DNA from: Planctomycetales bacterium
Lineage (GTDB): Bacteria > 4484-113 > JAFGCY01
Direction: 5' to 3'
Assembly: GCA_022646745.1 (NCBI GenBank)
Contig: CP060262.1
Coordinates: 330,001-362,000, forward strand
DNA length: 32,000 nucleotides
The first letter of the stretch is position 1. Each line of letters begins with the position of its first letter. A program made the translations under genes and the position numbers. Positions 31,627 to 32,000 of the stretch are shown piece after piece. The notes beneath the pieces were generated by a model. That model did not search any database. It had not been told where the DNA came from and saw only the letters and a list, made by a program, of their open reading frames with translations.

Positions 31627-32000
31627 ATGAGCAAGATCCCCGCACTTGACAACTACCGCCTGCTGGGCAACAGCGGCCTGGCCGTTTCCCCGCTCTGCCT
31701 CGGCACGATGACCTTCGGCACCGAATGGGGCTTCGGCGGCGACCGCGAGAATTCCCGCAAGCTGTTCGAGGTCTACACCGAGGCCGGTGGCAACTTCCTC
31801 GACACCGCAATCAACTACAACAAGGGCACCAGCGAGGAATACCTCGGTGAGTTCGTCAAGGGCAGCCGTGAACGCTACGTGATCGCCACCAAGTTCACCT
31901 TCGGCACCCGCGAGGGCGACCCCAACAGCGGTGGCAACCACAGGAAGAACATCATCCAGAGCGTGGACGAGAGCCTGAAACGCCTCGGCCTGGAATACAT
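31627..32000 (+). CDS. Aldo/keto reductase (5' part, truncated by window end)
   Basis: This ORF is absent from the ORF track because no stop falls in the window. My translation is MSKIPALDNYRLLGNSGLAVSPLCLGTMTFGTEWGFGGDRENSRKLFEVYTEAGGNFLDTAINYNKGTSEEYLGEFVKGSRERYVIATKF...SLKRLGLEY, which carries classic AKR N-terminal motifs. TAGAAT lies 6 nt upstream of the ATG. Confidence 0.85.
   Translation, partial: MSKIPALDNYRLLGNSGLAVSPLCLGTMTFGTEWGFGGDRENSRKLFEVYTEAGGNFLDTAINYNKGTSEEYLGEFVKGSRERYVIATKFTFGTREGDPNSGGNHRKNIIQSVDESLKRLGLEY

Noticed and set aside
31522-31941. 139-aa minus-strand ORF at the right edge
   Set aside because: It is antisense to the clearly recognisable aldo/keto reductase reading frame that starts at 31627. 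It is a shadow ORF.

Overview
High-GC bacterial chromosomal fragment: hand counts of 60-nt lines give about 63-73% GC in most genes, with three clearly lower-GC patches. I support 20 protein-coding genes (one truncated at the right edge) and a tRNA-Val(GAC)/tRNA-Cys(GCA) pair, with no rRNA, CRISPR array, transposase or integrase. Housekeeping-type genes are a HupE/UreJ-type membrane protein coupled to a PpiC-like protein, an FNR-like oxidoreductase, a YihY/BrkB protein, a split transketolase, an aldo/keto reductase, a dienelactone-hydrolase-like esterase and a secreted tandem VOC protein. There is also a 983-aa adenylate-cyclase/STAND-ATPase/TPR protein. Seven genes encode predicted Cys-lipobox lipoproteins. 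Four of these are giant beta-propeller proteins in two tandem paralog pairs (dockerin+PQQ-like on the minus strand, FN3+PKD+propeller on the plus strand) that flank a tightly coupled SPFH/flotillin-like plus NAD-kinase-like pair. The most unusual signal is non-coding. Almost every 3' spacer is built from phase-locked 7-nt tandem units arranged as purine-arm/pyrimidine-arm hairpins in four sequence dialects, mixed with short palindromes that have 7-bp stems. Copies of these elements bracket two low-GC insertions: a 183-aa orphan ORF flanked by 120-bp direct repeats inside the split transketolase locus, and a roughly 52% GC paralog beside a roughly 68-70% GC sister gene. Other observations are three genes with a -10 hexamer exactly 6 nt upstream of the ATG (leaderless-type), TAG as the majority stop codon (10 of 19), and an AT-rich palindrome over a candidate promoter. 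All functional calls rest on motif recognition by eye, and no database search was run.
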